NCBI GenBank assembly: GCA_963757655.1
Contig: CAVWSQ010000001.1
Coordinates: 1,970,996-2,034,995, forward strand
Direction of reading: 5' to 3'
Length of the DNA stretch: 64,000 nt
From: an uncultured Acidobacteriota bacterium
Lineage (GTDB): Bacteria > Acidobacteriota > Vicinamibacteria > Vicinamibacterales > CAVVIG01
This document shows, piece by piece, positions 1 to 8,902 of this stretch. The notes under the pieces were generated by a model. It was not told the DNA's origin, searched no databases, and saw only the letters and a list, made by a program, of their open reading frames with translations. Within the stretch, counting starts at the first letter, position 1. Every line of letters begins with the position of its first letter. The position numbers and the translations under genes were made by a program.

Positions 1-663
1 CGCGGCGTCACGAATGCCGAGGACGCGCGGCGGCGCGCCGAGCAGCGCAACACGCTTCTGAAGGACGCGCTCGAGGTGATGCGTGGGGCCGGCGCGAGGC
101 TCGAGCCGATGGCGCTGCCCGAGTTTCCGACCAACGCGCTCGGCTTCATCCTCAGCGCGGAGGCAGCCGCGGCGTTCGACGATCTCACGCGCAGCAAGCG
201 GGTCGATCTGCTGACCCAGCAGGGAGCGGGCGCATGGCCAAACACGTTCCGCACCTCGCGCTTCATTCCCGCGGTCGAGTACATCCGCGCCCAGCGCGCG
301 CGCACGCTGCTCAACCGCCGGATGGGGGCGCTGATGTCGAACTACGACGTCGTCCTGTCGCCGACCGGCAGCGCGAGCCTGGGCATCACCAACCTGACCG
401 GGCATCCGGCGGCGTGTCTGAAAGCCGGCTTCGTGGACGGCTCGCCGATTGCGCTGATGATCACGGGACGGCTCTATGACGAAGCCACCGTCCTGCGGGT
501 CGCGCTCGCGTACGAACGCGCGACCAGGTGGCACACGATGAACCCGACGCTGGACGACAACCTGCGGCGCATGAAGACAGCCGCACCCGCAGCGCGGGAA
601 CCGCAGGCTGGCGAGGGGGACCGGCGGGATGGGCGGGACCGGCTGGATGGGTTCGACTGGTAG
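1..663 (+). CDS. amidase-signature family protein, C-terminal part (5' end lies outside the window)
   Basis: Frame 1 is open from base 1 (track ORF 76..663). C-terminal strings NLTGHPAACLKAGF...PIALMITGRLYDEATVLRVALAYE are typical of GatA-like amidases. High GC at third codon positions. Confidence 0.7.
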   Translation, partial: RGVTNAEDARRRAEQRNTLLKDALEVMRGAGARLEPMALPEFPTNALGFILSAEAAAAFDDLTRSKRVDLLTQQGAGAWPNTFRTSRFIPAVEYIRAQRARTLLNRRMGALMSNYDVVLSPTGSASLGITNLTGHPAACLKAGFVDGSPIALMITGRLYDEATVLRVALAYERATRWHTMNPTLDDNLRRMKTAAPAAREPQAGEGDRRDGRDRLDGFDW

Positions 664-752
664 ACCAGTATCAGAACCTATTTCTCAGGCCAGGGCGTCC
701 CTCACGGCCGTCCTGCCCCTCGCGCCTGTCCGGCCCCTCCCGCCCGTCGACC

Positions 753-1358
753 CTATTTCTCGATCGTCGCCTTCTTGACGTAGTCCAGCTTCGGGAACGA
801 CGCCTTGAGGTAGGCGTTGCCCTGCGACTGAATGCTGCCCTGATTCGGCTTCTCGCCAGACTCCGGATTGATCTTGTCGACCGCATCCATGCCCGAGATC
901 ACCCGGCCGAAAGGCGCGAAGCGCTGCGAATCGAGGAAGCCGTTGTCCTTGTAGTTGACGAAGATCTGGGTCGAACGCGAGTTGGGCGCCGAGGTCTGCG
1001 CGAAGGTGACGTAGCCGCGCTTGTTGCTCTCCTTGACGGGATCGTCCTTGATCGTCGCGCGCCACTTGGCCTGGACCGCCGGATCGCCGGCGATGCCGAA
1101 CTGCACCATGAAATTCGGCACGACGCGGAAGAAGCGCGCTTCGTCGAAGAAGCCGCTCTTCACGAGCGCATAGAAATGATCGGCCGCGTTGGGCGCCCAG
1201 GCGCGATGGACCTCGACCACGAACGGGCCGGCGGTCGAATCGAACTTCACCTTGAAAGTCGCGGGTGCTTTCTCGGCTTCGCCCGCTTGCCCGTGGGCGG
1301 TCATGCCGAGCGCCCCGACCGCGATCAGCGCTGCGGCTGCCCATGTCGCCATCTTCAT
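753..1358 (-). CDS. peptidyl-prolyl cis-trans isomerase, cyclophilin type, exported
   Basis: 201-aa ORF. Signal peptide MKMATWAAAALIAVGALGMTAHG. Cyclophilin strings FFRVVPNFMVQFG and YVTFAQTSAPNSRSTQIFVNY. Confidence 0.9.
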   Translation of the reverse strand: MKMATWAAAALIAVGALGMTAHGQAGEAEKAPATFKVKFDSTAGPFVVEVHRAWAPNAADHFYALVKSGFFDEARFFRVVPNFMVQFGIAGDPAVQAKWRATIKDDPVKESNKRGYVTFAQTSAPNSRSTQIFVNYKDNGFLDSQRFAPFGRVISGMDAVDKINPESGEKPNQGSIQSQGNAYLKASFPKLDYVKKATIEK

Positions 1359-1434
1359 GCTCGTCTCCTTGTTGAAATCGCAGGTTGCTTGATTCAGGTT
1401 GAGAATGCCAGGCTCGAGGTGCCGAATGCCGCCT

Positions 1435-2352
1435 CTAAGTTACATACAAAGTGCCTTCGCCTGCCAGCACGGCCTCTCCGCCGACACGGACGCTCGAGAT
1501 ATGCCCCTTGTCCAGGCCGATGGCGATATGGATATGGCTCGGCCGCCCCATCTTCAGGCCCTGCAGGCTGATCATCGATGCCGACTGGTCGGGCCGCACG
1601 ACATTGTGCCGCACCAGATAGCAGCCGAGCGGGCCGCTGGCAACGCCGGTAGCTGGATCTTCGGTGATGCCGAGCTCGGGCGCGAACATGCGGCTGTAGA
1701 CCGTGGCGCGCGGCTCGCCCGGCTCGGCGGAGAAGACGAACACGCCGTGCCCGGAGGTTTTGGTCTCGGCAAACAGCGCATCGAGCGCGCCCGCGTTCAC
1801 CACCACGTTGTCCACCGCCCGGCGAGTGGTCAGCGGCACGAAGAGAAACGGTACGCCGCACGACACGATCTGGACGGGCAGGCCGGTGCCGGCCACCGCC
1901 GTCGGCGACAGCGACAGCGCCGCCGCGGTCCGCGCCGGATCGGGAATGGTCTGGCCGAAAGCCGGCAGCGGCTGCGTCATCCAGGCGAAGGTCAGTTCGC
2001 CGCCGTCCCAGGTCAGCGCCACCGGCACCGGGCCGATGTTGCAGCCGAACACGAAAGTCTGGCGGCCGCGCTCGATGACGCCGGCCCGCACCAGCGCGAA
2101 CGTGGTCCCGATCGTCGGATGCCCGGCCATCGGCATTTCCTCGCCCGGCGTGAAGATCCGCATGCGCACGTCCGTGCCCGGCGTCTCGGGTGGCAGCAGA
2201 AATGTCGTTTCCGAGAAGTTCATCTCTTTCGCGATCGCCTGCATCGTGTCGGTGGGCAGGCCGCGGCCGTCGAGGAAGACGGCGAGCTGGTTGCCGCCGA
2301 ACAGGTGATCGGTGAAGACGTCGAAATGAAGGTAGCGGTATGATCGGGCCAT
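1435..2352 (-). CDS. PhzF family phenazine-biosynthesis-like isomerase
   Basis: Track ORF 1435..2490. Start moved to ATG at 2352 ([26 protein letters not shown]), the family-typical N-terminus. Also FSETTFLL and [11 protein letters not shown] motifs. Confidence 0.85.
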   Translation of the reverse strand: MARSYRYLHFDVFTDHLFGGNQLAVFLDGRGLPTDTMQAIAKEMNFSETTFLLPPETPGTDVRMRIFTPGEEMPMAGHPTIGTTFALVRAGVIERGRQTFVFGCNIGPVPVALTWDGGELTFAWMTQPLPAFGQTIPDPARTAAALSLSPTAVAGTGLPVQIVSCGVPFLFVPLTTRRAVDNVVVNAGALDALFAETKTSGHGVFVFSAEPGEPRATVYSRMFAPELGITEDPATGVASGPLGCYLVRHNVVRPDQSASMISLQGLKMGRPSHIHIAIGLDKGHISSVRVGGEAVLAGEGTLYVT

Positions 2353-2863
2353 GTTGTTAGCGCATTTTACGACGAGCGAAGGCAAGTTCACGATCCAGCT
2401 GTTCGAGCAGGAAGCGCCGAAAACGGTCGAGAACTTCGTGGGACTGGCCGAAGGCACCAAGGAGTGGACCGATCCGCGGACCGGCCGCACGGGCAGCGGG
2501 CCGTACTACAACGGCACGATCTTCCACCGCGTGATCGACGCGTTCATGATTCAAGGAGGCGACCCGCTCGGCCAGGGCACCGGCGGTCCCGGCTACAAGT
2601 TCGCCGACGAGTTCAGCCCGAAGCGCCGGCACGCCAAGGCCGGCGTCCTCTCGATGGCCAATTCGGGTCCCAACAGCAACGGCGGACAGTTCTTCATCAC
2701 CCTGGTCGCCACGCCGTGGCTCGACGACAAGCACAGCGTGTTCGGCGAGGTCACCGACGGCATGGACGTCGTCAACAGGATCGGCAAGACGCCGACGAGC
2801 AAGCCGGGCGACCGGCCGCTCAAGCCGATTACGATCGAATCGGTGACCATAGAGCGGAAGTGA
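2351..2863 (+). CDS. peptidyl-prolyl cis-trans isomerase, cyclophilin type, cytoplasmic
   Basis: 170-aa [50 protein letters not shown] and [17 protein letters not shown] are canonical cyclophilin motifs. Confidence 0.92.
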   Translation: MLLAHFTTSEGKFTIQLFEQEAPKTVENFVGLAEGTKEWTDPRTGRTGSGPYYNGTIFHRVIDAFMIQGGDPLGQGTGGPGYKFADEFSPKRRHAKAGVLSMANSGPNSNGGQFFITLVATPWLDDKHSVFGEVTDGMDVVNRIGKTPTSKPGDRPLKPITIESVTIERK

Positions 2864-2875
2864 GTTTCTAAGCTG

Positions 2876-3568
2876 CTACGCGCCGTGGCGTCTGAGCAGC
2901 GCCGCCGCCTCACGGTGGGCTTTTTCCGTCGCGATCGACAATGCGGTCTGGGCTTCTCCGTTGGCGGCCTGGACGTCGGCGCCCTGGGCGATCAGCTGCG
3001 TGATCGCATCCATGTTGTTGTTGGCGGCCGCGAGATGAAGGGGACGCCAGCCCTGGGCGTCGGGCGCGTTGACGTCGGCGCCGTGGCCGATCAGCAGGCC
3101 GGCGACGAACTTGTGGTTGCCGGCGAGGGCGGCGTGCAACGGCGTGTTGCCGTTGGCGTTGCGCGATCGCGCGCGCACGTCGGCGTGGTGCGCGATCAGC
3201 AGCTCGGCGATCCTGGCGTGGCCGAAGAAGGCCGCCAGGTGCAGCGGCGTCCAGCCGTCGGCGCTGTAATCGTTGACGGCGGGCGCACCGAGGGCTCCGG
3301 ACGCGCTGTCGCGCAGCAGACGCTCGACACGCTCCAGTTCGCCGGCCGCGCACGCGTCGAACAGAGACAGCGTCGCGCCGCGCGCCACCAGCAGATTCAC
3401 AATTTCCTTCTGGCGATGGTAGACCGCGGTTAGGATGGCGCTGTCACCCGAACGGCTCCGCGCGTCGATGAGCGTCGGCTCAGCCGACAGCATCGCCTTC
3501 ACGCGCTCGAACTCCCCGGCCTTGATTGCGTCAATGAAGGCGGCGCTACTGGACGACGTTTCCGGCAT
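2876..3568 (-). CDS. ankyrin repeat protein
   Basis: 230-aa ORF with about 5 ankyrin-like repeats (GWTPLHLAAFFGHARIAELLIAHHADVRA, GNTPLHAALAGNHKFVAGLLIGHGADVNA, GWRPLHLAAANNNMDAITQLIAQGADV). Confidence 0.85.
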   Translation of the reverse strand: MPETSSSSAAFIDAIKAGEFERVKAMLSAEPTLIDARSRSGDSAILTAVYHRQKEIVNLLVARGATLSLFDACAAGELERVERLLRDSASGALGAPAVNDYSADGWTPLHLAAFFGHARIAELLIAHHADVRARSRNANGNTPLHAALAGNHKFVAGLLIGHGADVNAPDAQGWRPLHLAAANNNMDAITQLIAQGADVQAANGEAQTALSIATEKAHREAAALLRRHGA

Positions 3569-5915
3569 GCCCCGAGTTTATCGCGCCACAGTTGTCCTGG
3601 CACTGGCCCTCGTCGCGTCCACCGCAGCGGCGCAGCCGCCGCTGCCCGCCATCGAACAGCCGCTGCTCGGATCGACGCTGACGGCCGAGGTCCTGCGCGA
3701 CCTGCCGACCGCCAGCAATGTGTTCGCCGTCCCCGAAACCATCCAGCTGGAAACGGTCAGCGATCTGTTCTCGGCCGGAGGCCTGAACGCGGCGGCGGCG
3801 CCGAAAGTCGGCGGCTACCTGAGCTCCTGGACCCAGACGCAGTACCGTGTCGGCGACGTGCCGATCACCGATCCGCTCGCCGGCGGGACGCCGCTGCTGC
3901 TGCCCTTTCTTCCCTTGTGGTCGAACCTCACGATTGCCACCGGCGCGATGGGGCCCGACGACAACGCCCCGGGGGTGTCGATCGCACTCGAGCCGCCACG
4001 CCCCGGCGCGACCTGGTCGCGCACGCTCGACGGTTCGCTCTCCGGCTCGCCGCTTTCGGCGGCGCCCGCCGGCAGCGTGCCGGCGGTCGATCGCGTCGAC
4101 AACTGGCTGGACGGAACCGCGATTGTCAGCGGCCCGATCACCCCGCGCCTCGGCATCGTCGCAGCGGGGGCGTGGCATCGCCTGACCCACGTGGCGGCGG
4201 CTGCCACGACCGAGCTCACCGACAGCGTCGGATCGGGCTTCGCACACCTCGTCTTCGCCGCCACGCCGCGCGACGAGATCCGCGCGCTGGGCTGGGCGCA
4301 GCAGGCGACGACGGCGGCGCGCCGCGATACCGGGCTGCACCTGCAGGCCACGTGGGAACGCAAGAACCCGGCAACCTATTCGTGGCGGCTGTTTGGCGGC
4401 TACAGCGGACGCGATCGCACCGCCACCACCGCGGCCACGATCGTGGTCGACAGCCTCGACACCGATCCGGTCTCCGATCTGGTCGACACCGGCGCTGGCG
4501 TCGCGCGGCGCTGGATGGCCGGCGCCCGCCTCGCCGCCCCCGCGGACCGCCGGCTGCCGTCAATCGGCGTCGATCTCGACTCCGCTGAAGTGCGCCTCGA
4601 CGCAACCGCGATCGCACAGGTCAACGAGCTCGTCGACGGCGGGTTGACGCGGGTGTGGACGTATCACGGCAGCAGCGCCCCCGACGTCCGCCAGCTCACG
4701 ACCGTCGCCGCGTTCGCCAACGAGCACCTGACATCCGGACGCCTGACCCTCGACGCCGGGCTCAGGCTCGACGCCGTCACCGGTGACGCCAACGGCGCGA
4801 CGCGTGGCATCGACTGGAAGACCTGGCTCCCGCGCGGCCTGCTTCGCTGGCAGATCTTCAACCAGGATGACGTCGCCGCGTACGTCGGCTACCGCAGGAC
4901 CGCCTATCAGCTGCCGCTGAACGTGCTGGCGATTGGCGATCCCGCCGCACCGTTCGCCGATGTGTCGCGCGCGGCGGCCGGCTCGTCGATCGGCCCGCTG
5001 ATCGCGCGCGTCGGGCCGGGCAGCGGCGGCGACGTCGTCTTCACGCAGATCGATCCGGCGCTGGAACGGCCAACCACCGACGAACTCGTGCTCGCGCTGC
5101 GCGCGCGGCCGCGCCAGGGTCTCGAGCTCGAGCTGGCGCGCGTGGTCAAGCGCGAGACGTCGCTGCTCGGCTACATCGACACCGGCGTCACCGCGTCGGA
5201 ATACACCGCGTTCCAGGTTCCCGATCCGAGCTTCGTGCCCGACAGCCCGGTCGGCGCAGCCCAGGTCACCGCATTGAGCCGCCCCGCGGGTGCCTACGGC
5301 CGCGATCGGTATTTGCTGACGAACCGCACCGGCGACCCGGCAACCTCGTGGGCGATCGAGGCGACGGTGCGCGCCACGACCGGGCAACTGCAGCTCCTGG
5401 TTGGTCTGGCGTTGACCGAGGCGAACGGCCCGGCGGCTGCGGTCGGCTTCCTGCCGACGGAAAACGATCAGGATGTGATCGGAAGCATGCTCGTCGATCC
5501 CAACGCGCAGACAAAGGTGCGCGGTCAGCTGTTCCAGGATCGATCGCACATCGGCAAGATCGCCGCCGCGTATCACTTTCCGGGGCGCACCACCGTCGGC
5601 GCGATCTTCCGCTATGCCGACGGTCAGCCGTTCACGCGGCTGGTGATCGCGCCGGCGCTGACGCAGGGCGCGACCGCGGTGCGTTCCTATGCCAACGGTG
5701 GATCGGCGTTCACCTTCGTCGGCACCATCGACGTCCGCGTGCAGAAGGCGTTCACGGTCGGGCGGAGCGAGGTTGCAGCGGTGGTGGACGTGTACAATCT
5801 GCCCAACATCGACAACGAAGTCATCGAGTACGTCGTGACCGGTCCCAGGTTCCGGACCCCGACCGCACTCCAGCCGCCGCGCACGGCGCTGGCCGGACTG
5901 CGTGTCACGTTCTAA
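3567..5915 (+). CDS. TonB-dependent-receptor-like outer-membrane beta-barrel protein
   Basis: Track ORF 3435..5915. Start moved to ATG 3567, where a signal peptide begins (MPRVYRATVVLALALVASTAAAQP). Plug-like N-terminal region, long beta-rich body, C-terminus LAGLRVTF ending in Phe. Confidence 0.7.
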   Translation: MPRVYRATVVLALALVASTAAAQPPLPAIEQPLLGSTLTAEVLRDLPTASNVFAVPETIQLETVSDLFSAGGLNAAAAPKVGGYLSSWTQTQYRVGDVPITDPLAGGTPLLLPFLPLWSNLTIATGAMGPDDNAPGVSIALEPPRPGATWSRTLDGSLSGSPLSAAPAGSVPAVDRVDNWLDGTAIVSGPITPRLGIVAAGAWHRLTHVAAAATTELTDSVGSGFAHLVFAATPRDEIRALGWAQQATTAARRDTGLHLQATWERKNPATYSWRLFGGYSGRDRTATTAATIVVDSLDTDPVSDLVDTGAGVARRWMAGARLAAPADRRLPSIGVDLDSAEVRLDATAIAQVNELVDGGLTRVWTYHGSSAPDVRQLTTVAAFANEHLTSGRLTLDAGLRLDAVTGDANGATRGIDWKTWLPRGLLRWQIFNQDDVAAYVGYRRTAYQLPLNVLAIGDPAAPFADVSRAAAGSSIGPLIARVGPGSGGDVVFTQIDPALERPTTDELVLALRARPRQGLELELARVVKRETSLLGYIDTGVTASEYTAFQVPDPSFVPDSPVGAAQVTALSRPAGAYGRDRYLLTNRTGDPATSWAIEATVRATTGQLQLLVGLALTEANGPAAAVGFLPTENDQDVIGSMLVDPNAQTKVRGQLFQDRSHIGKIAAAYHFPGRTTVGAIFRYADGQPFTRLVIAPALTQGATAVRSYANGGSAFTFVGTIDVRVQKAFTVGRSEVAAVVDVYNLPNIDNEVIEYVVTGPRFRTPTALQPPRTALAGLRVTF

Positions 5916-6016
5916 AAGAGTGCGTATGCGAATGACGTTCGCAGGGCGGCTCCCTGCGCCCGGTCCGAGGGAGGGCCTGGCCGAGAGACAGCTCAAGGCC
6001 GTCGACTTCAAGGAGA

Positions 6017-7231
6017 TTGCGTTCGATGAGACGGCGTAGTGCATTCACCGGCATGCTGATGCTGTGCCTGGCATCCTGCGCATCGGCGCAGGACGCGCCG
6101 GCGGAGGACACGCGGACCCAGTATCCGGCGTTCATGCGCGACTCGTACGTCTCGCTCCGCGTCGGCTACATCGGTTACCTGTTCACCGCGACCCAGCTCG
6201 AACCGGGCTTCGAGGCGGCCTCGATCGAGCGGCCGCGGCCCGCCGTGCGCCTCGACTTCTTCGGCCACCACTTCACCAGGAACCTGTCGGCGCAAGTCAC
6301 CTACATGCGACCGGCGCAGTTCGTCGAGTACAACGACATCAACGGCAAGAACGGCAACCATCCGGTGTCGAACGCCTACGCCGGCCTCACGTTCTCCTGG
6401 GCGCAGCCGCTGACGCCGGCGCTCGACTGGTATCTCGAAGGCGGCTACGGCATCACCAGCCGGTCCGGCATTGTCATCGACGGCCAGACCGCGCTGCAGC
6501 CGGCGCACTATGGCTCGGCGCTGGTCGGCGGCGGTTTGACGTATCACTGGTCGCCGACGGTCGACGTCATGCTGGGCGCGACCTATTCACCGGGCCGCCA
6601 GGGCTTCAATCAACCGTCGACCCGCATGTACACCACCGGCGTCCGCTATAACATGCGGCCGATCGAGAGATCGACAGTGATCGCGAATCGCGAGGCTGGC
6701 CATCTCTTCCCCACCAACATCGTGCGCGTTGGCTATTCGACCAACCTGCTCGGCTACGGCGTCAACGACCTGTTCTCCAAGTGGGTGGTGATCTTCTGGG
6801 GCGGCCACGTCGACACCAGGCAGGGCGGTTCGATCGAATACGAGCGCAACGTGTTTCACACCCGGAAGCTGTTCGCGTTCGACCTCGGCGCCAGCGCATC
6901 GATCTGGCAGACCGATGGCAGGGGCGACACCTTCCGGACGCTGTCCGCGTACCCGCTGGCGCGCTTCTTCCTCCTGCGCAACGACACCATGGACGCCTAC
7001 TTCAGCTACTCGATTGCCGGTCCGACCTTCATCAGCGAGTATCAGCTCGACGATCTGAACACCGGCGCGAAGTTCACGTTCCAGGACATGATGGGTGTCG
7101 GCGCATTTCTCGGCAAGTCGCGGCGGCTCAACGCCGAGGTCAGCATCAAACACTTCTCGAACGGCAATCTGGCCACGTCCAACGCCGGCATCAAGATTCC
7201 CCTCACGTTCAAGATCGGCCTGGTGTTCTGA
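6017..7231 (+). CDS. outer-membrane protein with C-terminal PagL/acyloxyacyl-hydrolase-like signature
   Basis: 404-aa ORF. Signal peptide MRSMRRRSAFTGMLMLCLASCASAQ. Beta-barrel-like sequence ending VSIKHFSNGNLATSNAGIKIPLTFKIGLVF (H-x-S-N motif as I recall for the PagL family). The CDS call is firm; the function is tentative. Confidence 0.6.
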   Translation: MRSMRRRSAFTGMLMLCLASCASAQDAPAEDTRTQYPAFMRDSYVSLRVGYIGYLFTATQLEPGFEAASIERPRPAVRLDFFGHHFTRNLSAQVTYMRPAQFVEYNDINGKNGNHPVSNAYAGLTFSWAQPLTPALDWYLEGGYGITSRSGIVIDGQTALQPAHYGSALVGGGLTYHWSPTVDVMLGATYSPGRQGFNQPSTRMYTTGVRYNMRPIERSTVIANREAGHLFPTNIVRVGYSTNLLGYGVNDLFSKWVVIFWGGHVDTRQGGSIEYERNVFHTRKLFAFDLGASASIWQTDGRGDTFRTLSAYPLARFFLLRNDTMDAYFSYSIAGPTFISEYQLDDLNTGAKFTFQDMMGVGAFLGKSRRLNAEVSIKHFSNGNLATSNAGIKIPLTFKIGLVF

Positions 7232-7280
7232 GGAGTCTCGGCGAGGTCGTGAAGCGGCCGGACTGAAGAGGATGCGGGTC

Positions 7281-7299
7281 GGGAGGCCTAGTGCCTCCC
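7281..7299 (+). terminator. GC-rich hairpin downstream of the OMP gene (possible intrinsic terminator)
   Basis: GGGAGGC-CTAGT-GCCTCCC, a perfect 7-bp stem 50 nt after the stop at 7231. The T-run (TTATTTTT) follows only about 17 nt later, so this is not a textbook terminator. Confidence 0.4.
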
Positions 7300-7417
7300 G
7301 GCGTTGGGGTGGGTTATTTTTCATCCCGCAGAACGCGGGACGAGGAAGTTACCCACGACACGAGCAAGCGCGATGCCACGCCGCCGCTATGGCACCCGAG
7401 TTGTATTGTTCAGCGGG

Positions 7418-7681
7418 ATGAAGAGAATTGCGCGAAAACAGCGCGCCGTGTGCCTGCTTCGCTGGGTATTCCAGCGGGACAATCGGCTGCTGACCTGCCA
7501 GATCGATGGGGACAGCCGTCAGTCTTCCTACACTCTGTCGCTGGTTCCACACTGGGATGTACGCCAGGCCGCTTCAGTCACCTTCGATGCCGGCATCAGC
7601 GCGTTCCGGCGGCACGCAGCCATTGCCGATCAGCTGCGTCGCGAGGGATGGACGCTGGCCGCCTACAGCGTTGCCCGCTGA
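7418..7681 (+). CDS. hypothetical small protein (87 aa)
   Basis: Part of track ORF 7304..7681. Start chosen at MKRIARKQRAV. Codon third positions are mostly G/C. No family recognised. Confidence 0.4.
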   Translation: MKRIARKQRAVCLLRWVFQRDNRLLTCQIDGDSRQSSYTLSLVPHWDVRQAASVTFDAGISAFRRHAAIADQLRREGWTLAAYSVAR

Positions 7682-7704
7682 GGCGGCCCGCCGATCGCCG
7701 CAGA

Positions 7705-8814
7705 CTACGGAGCCTTCGCCAGCGCCAGAACCGCGTAGGCCGTCGCCGCGTCACTCATGAACTTGCCGGCGTCCGAGGCCAGATCGCGCTGCTTGTTGAG
7801 CGAGGCGGCGAACCAGGCGCCGGTTGACGGATCCTGGTGCGCCACGAGCCACGCCAGACCGCGCTTGACCTGCGCCGGCGTCCGCGCATCCGACACCGAC
7901 TCCAGCACCAAGGTCACCAGTCCGGTGGCGTAGCCGTCGCTGCGCGCATCGAGCGGCGTGCCGTCGGCGCGCTTCCACGATCCCATCGACGCCGTGCTCC
8001 ACCCGCCATCGTCCTGCTGCGCGCGCAGGAGCGCATCGACGATCGCCTGCTGCTGATCGCGCGGCAGCACAGTGGTCGACAGCGTCGACGCCCACAGCAG
8101 CATGGCGCGGCTGAGGAGCGCCTGCTTCTCGTTGTTCTTCTGCAGGTAGTCGTGCAGCGCCTTGACGCGGTCGTGATTCTCGGCCGCAGCGGCGTAGCCG
8201 CCGGGTGCGGAGTGAATCGCGATGGCCGCCAGCGTGGCGCCGTGGAACGGGGAGCTGTCGCCTTCCCACGGTTCGTTGTGGAACTGGAGCCAGGTCCATG
8301 CGCCGGTCTGCTCGCCGGTCTTCATCTGCAGCGCCCACATGTTGTCGAGCGCGCGGCGCCCTTCGTCGCTGAGCGATCCGTTGCGCGCGTCGCGCCGCGA
8401 GAGGATGACCGCGTTGAGGATCGACTCGGTGCCACGCGACTCGCTCGTCTTGGGGATGCCGCGCAGCTGATCGGGATAGAACGGCTCGACCTCGCGCCAC
8501 ATCGTCACCCGCTTGGTGACGTTGGCGAGAAGCGCGGCTTCGGGAGCCGACGGCCCGGTTTCGCCGAGCGGCTGCCGGAGCGCCGGCCGCGCGAGCGCGT
8601 AAGGCAGCGCGGTATGGCACGAGACGCAGAACGTGCCGTGATCGCGCTGGGCGGTGGGCCAGCTGCTCCACCAGGCCGAGCGCTGATCGAGGTAGGCGGC
8701 GGCGGCCTTACGGTTCCATGCCGCCGGTGGATCGACTTCGGCGCGAGAGCTGGTCGAGGAAACGCCGACGACGAGACACAGGCCGGCGGCGGCGAAGATG
8801 ATGGTCGTCTTCAT
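7705..8814 (-). CDS. exported protein with a single CxxCH motif and prenyltransferase/terpene-cyclase-like repeats
   Basis: 369-aa ORF. Signal peptide MKTTIIFAAAGLCLVVGVSS. CVSCH heme-c-type motif near the N-terminus. QQDDGGWS-type motif as in alpha/alpha-toroid repeat proteins. Confidence 0.75.
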   Translation of the reverse strand: MKTTIIFAAAGLCLVVGVSSTSSRAEVDPPAAWNRKAAAAYLDQRSAWWSSWPTAQRDHGTFCVSCHTALPYALARPALRQPLGETGPSAPEAALLANVTKRVTMWREVEPFYPDQLRGIPKTSESRGTESILNAVILSRRDARNGSLSDEGRRALDNMWALQMKTGEQTGAWTWLQFHNEPWEGDSSPFHGATLAAIAIHSAPGGYAAAAENHDRVKALHDYLQKNNEKQALLSRAMLLWASTLSTTVLPRDQQQAIVDALLRAQQDDGGWSTASMGSWKRADGTPLDARSDGYATGLVTLVLESVSDARTPAQVKRGLAWLVAHQDPSTGAWFAASLNKQRDLASDAGKFMSDAATAYAVLALAKAP

Positions 8815-8902
8815 AGCCGTTCATTCTAGACGCTTCCCGGACAAATCGCCTGAGATCTTCTCCGCTTGCCCCGCCGACCTTCAGGCCGGTACCGCGCGGA
8901 GG

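Noticed and set aside
600-745. G-quadruplex-type run (GGGGGACCGGCGGGATGGGCGGG at about 613-635) and a C-rich mirror at about 700-745 between convergent genes
   Set aside because: G-tract motifs are expected by chance at this GC content. The complementary blocks are in non-nested order, so they do not form a simple terminator hairpin.
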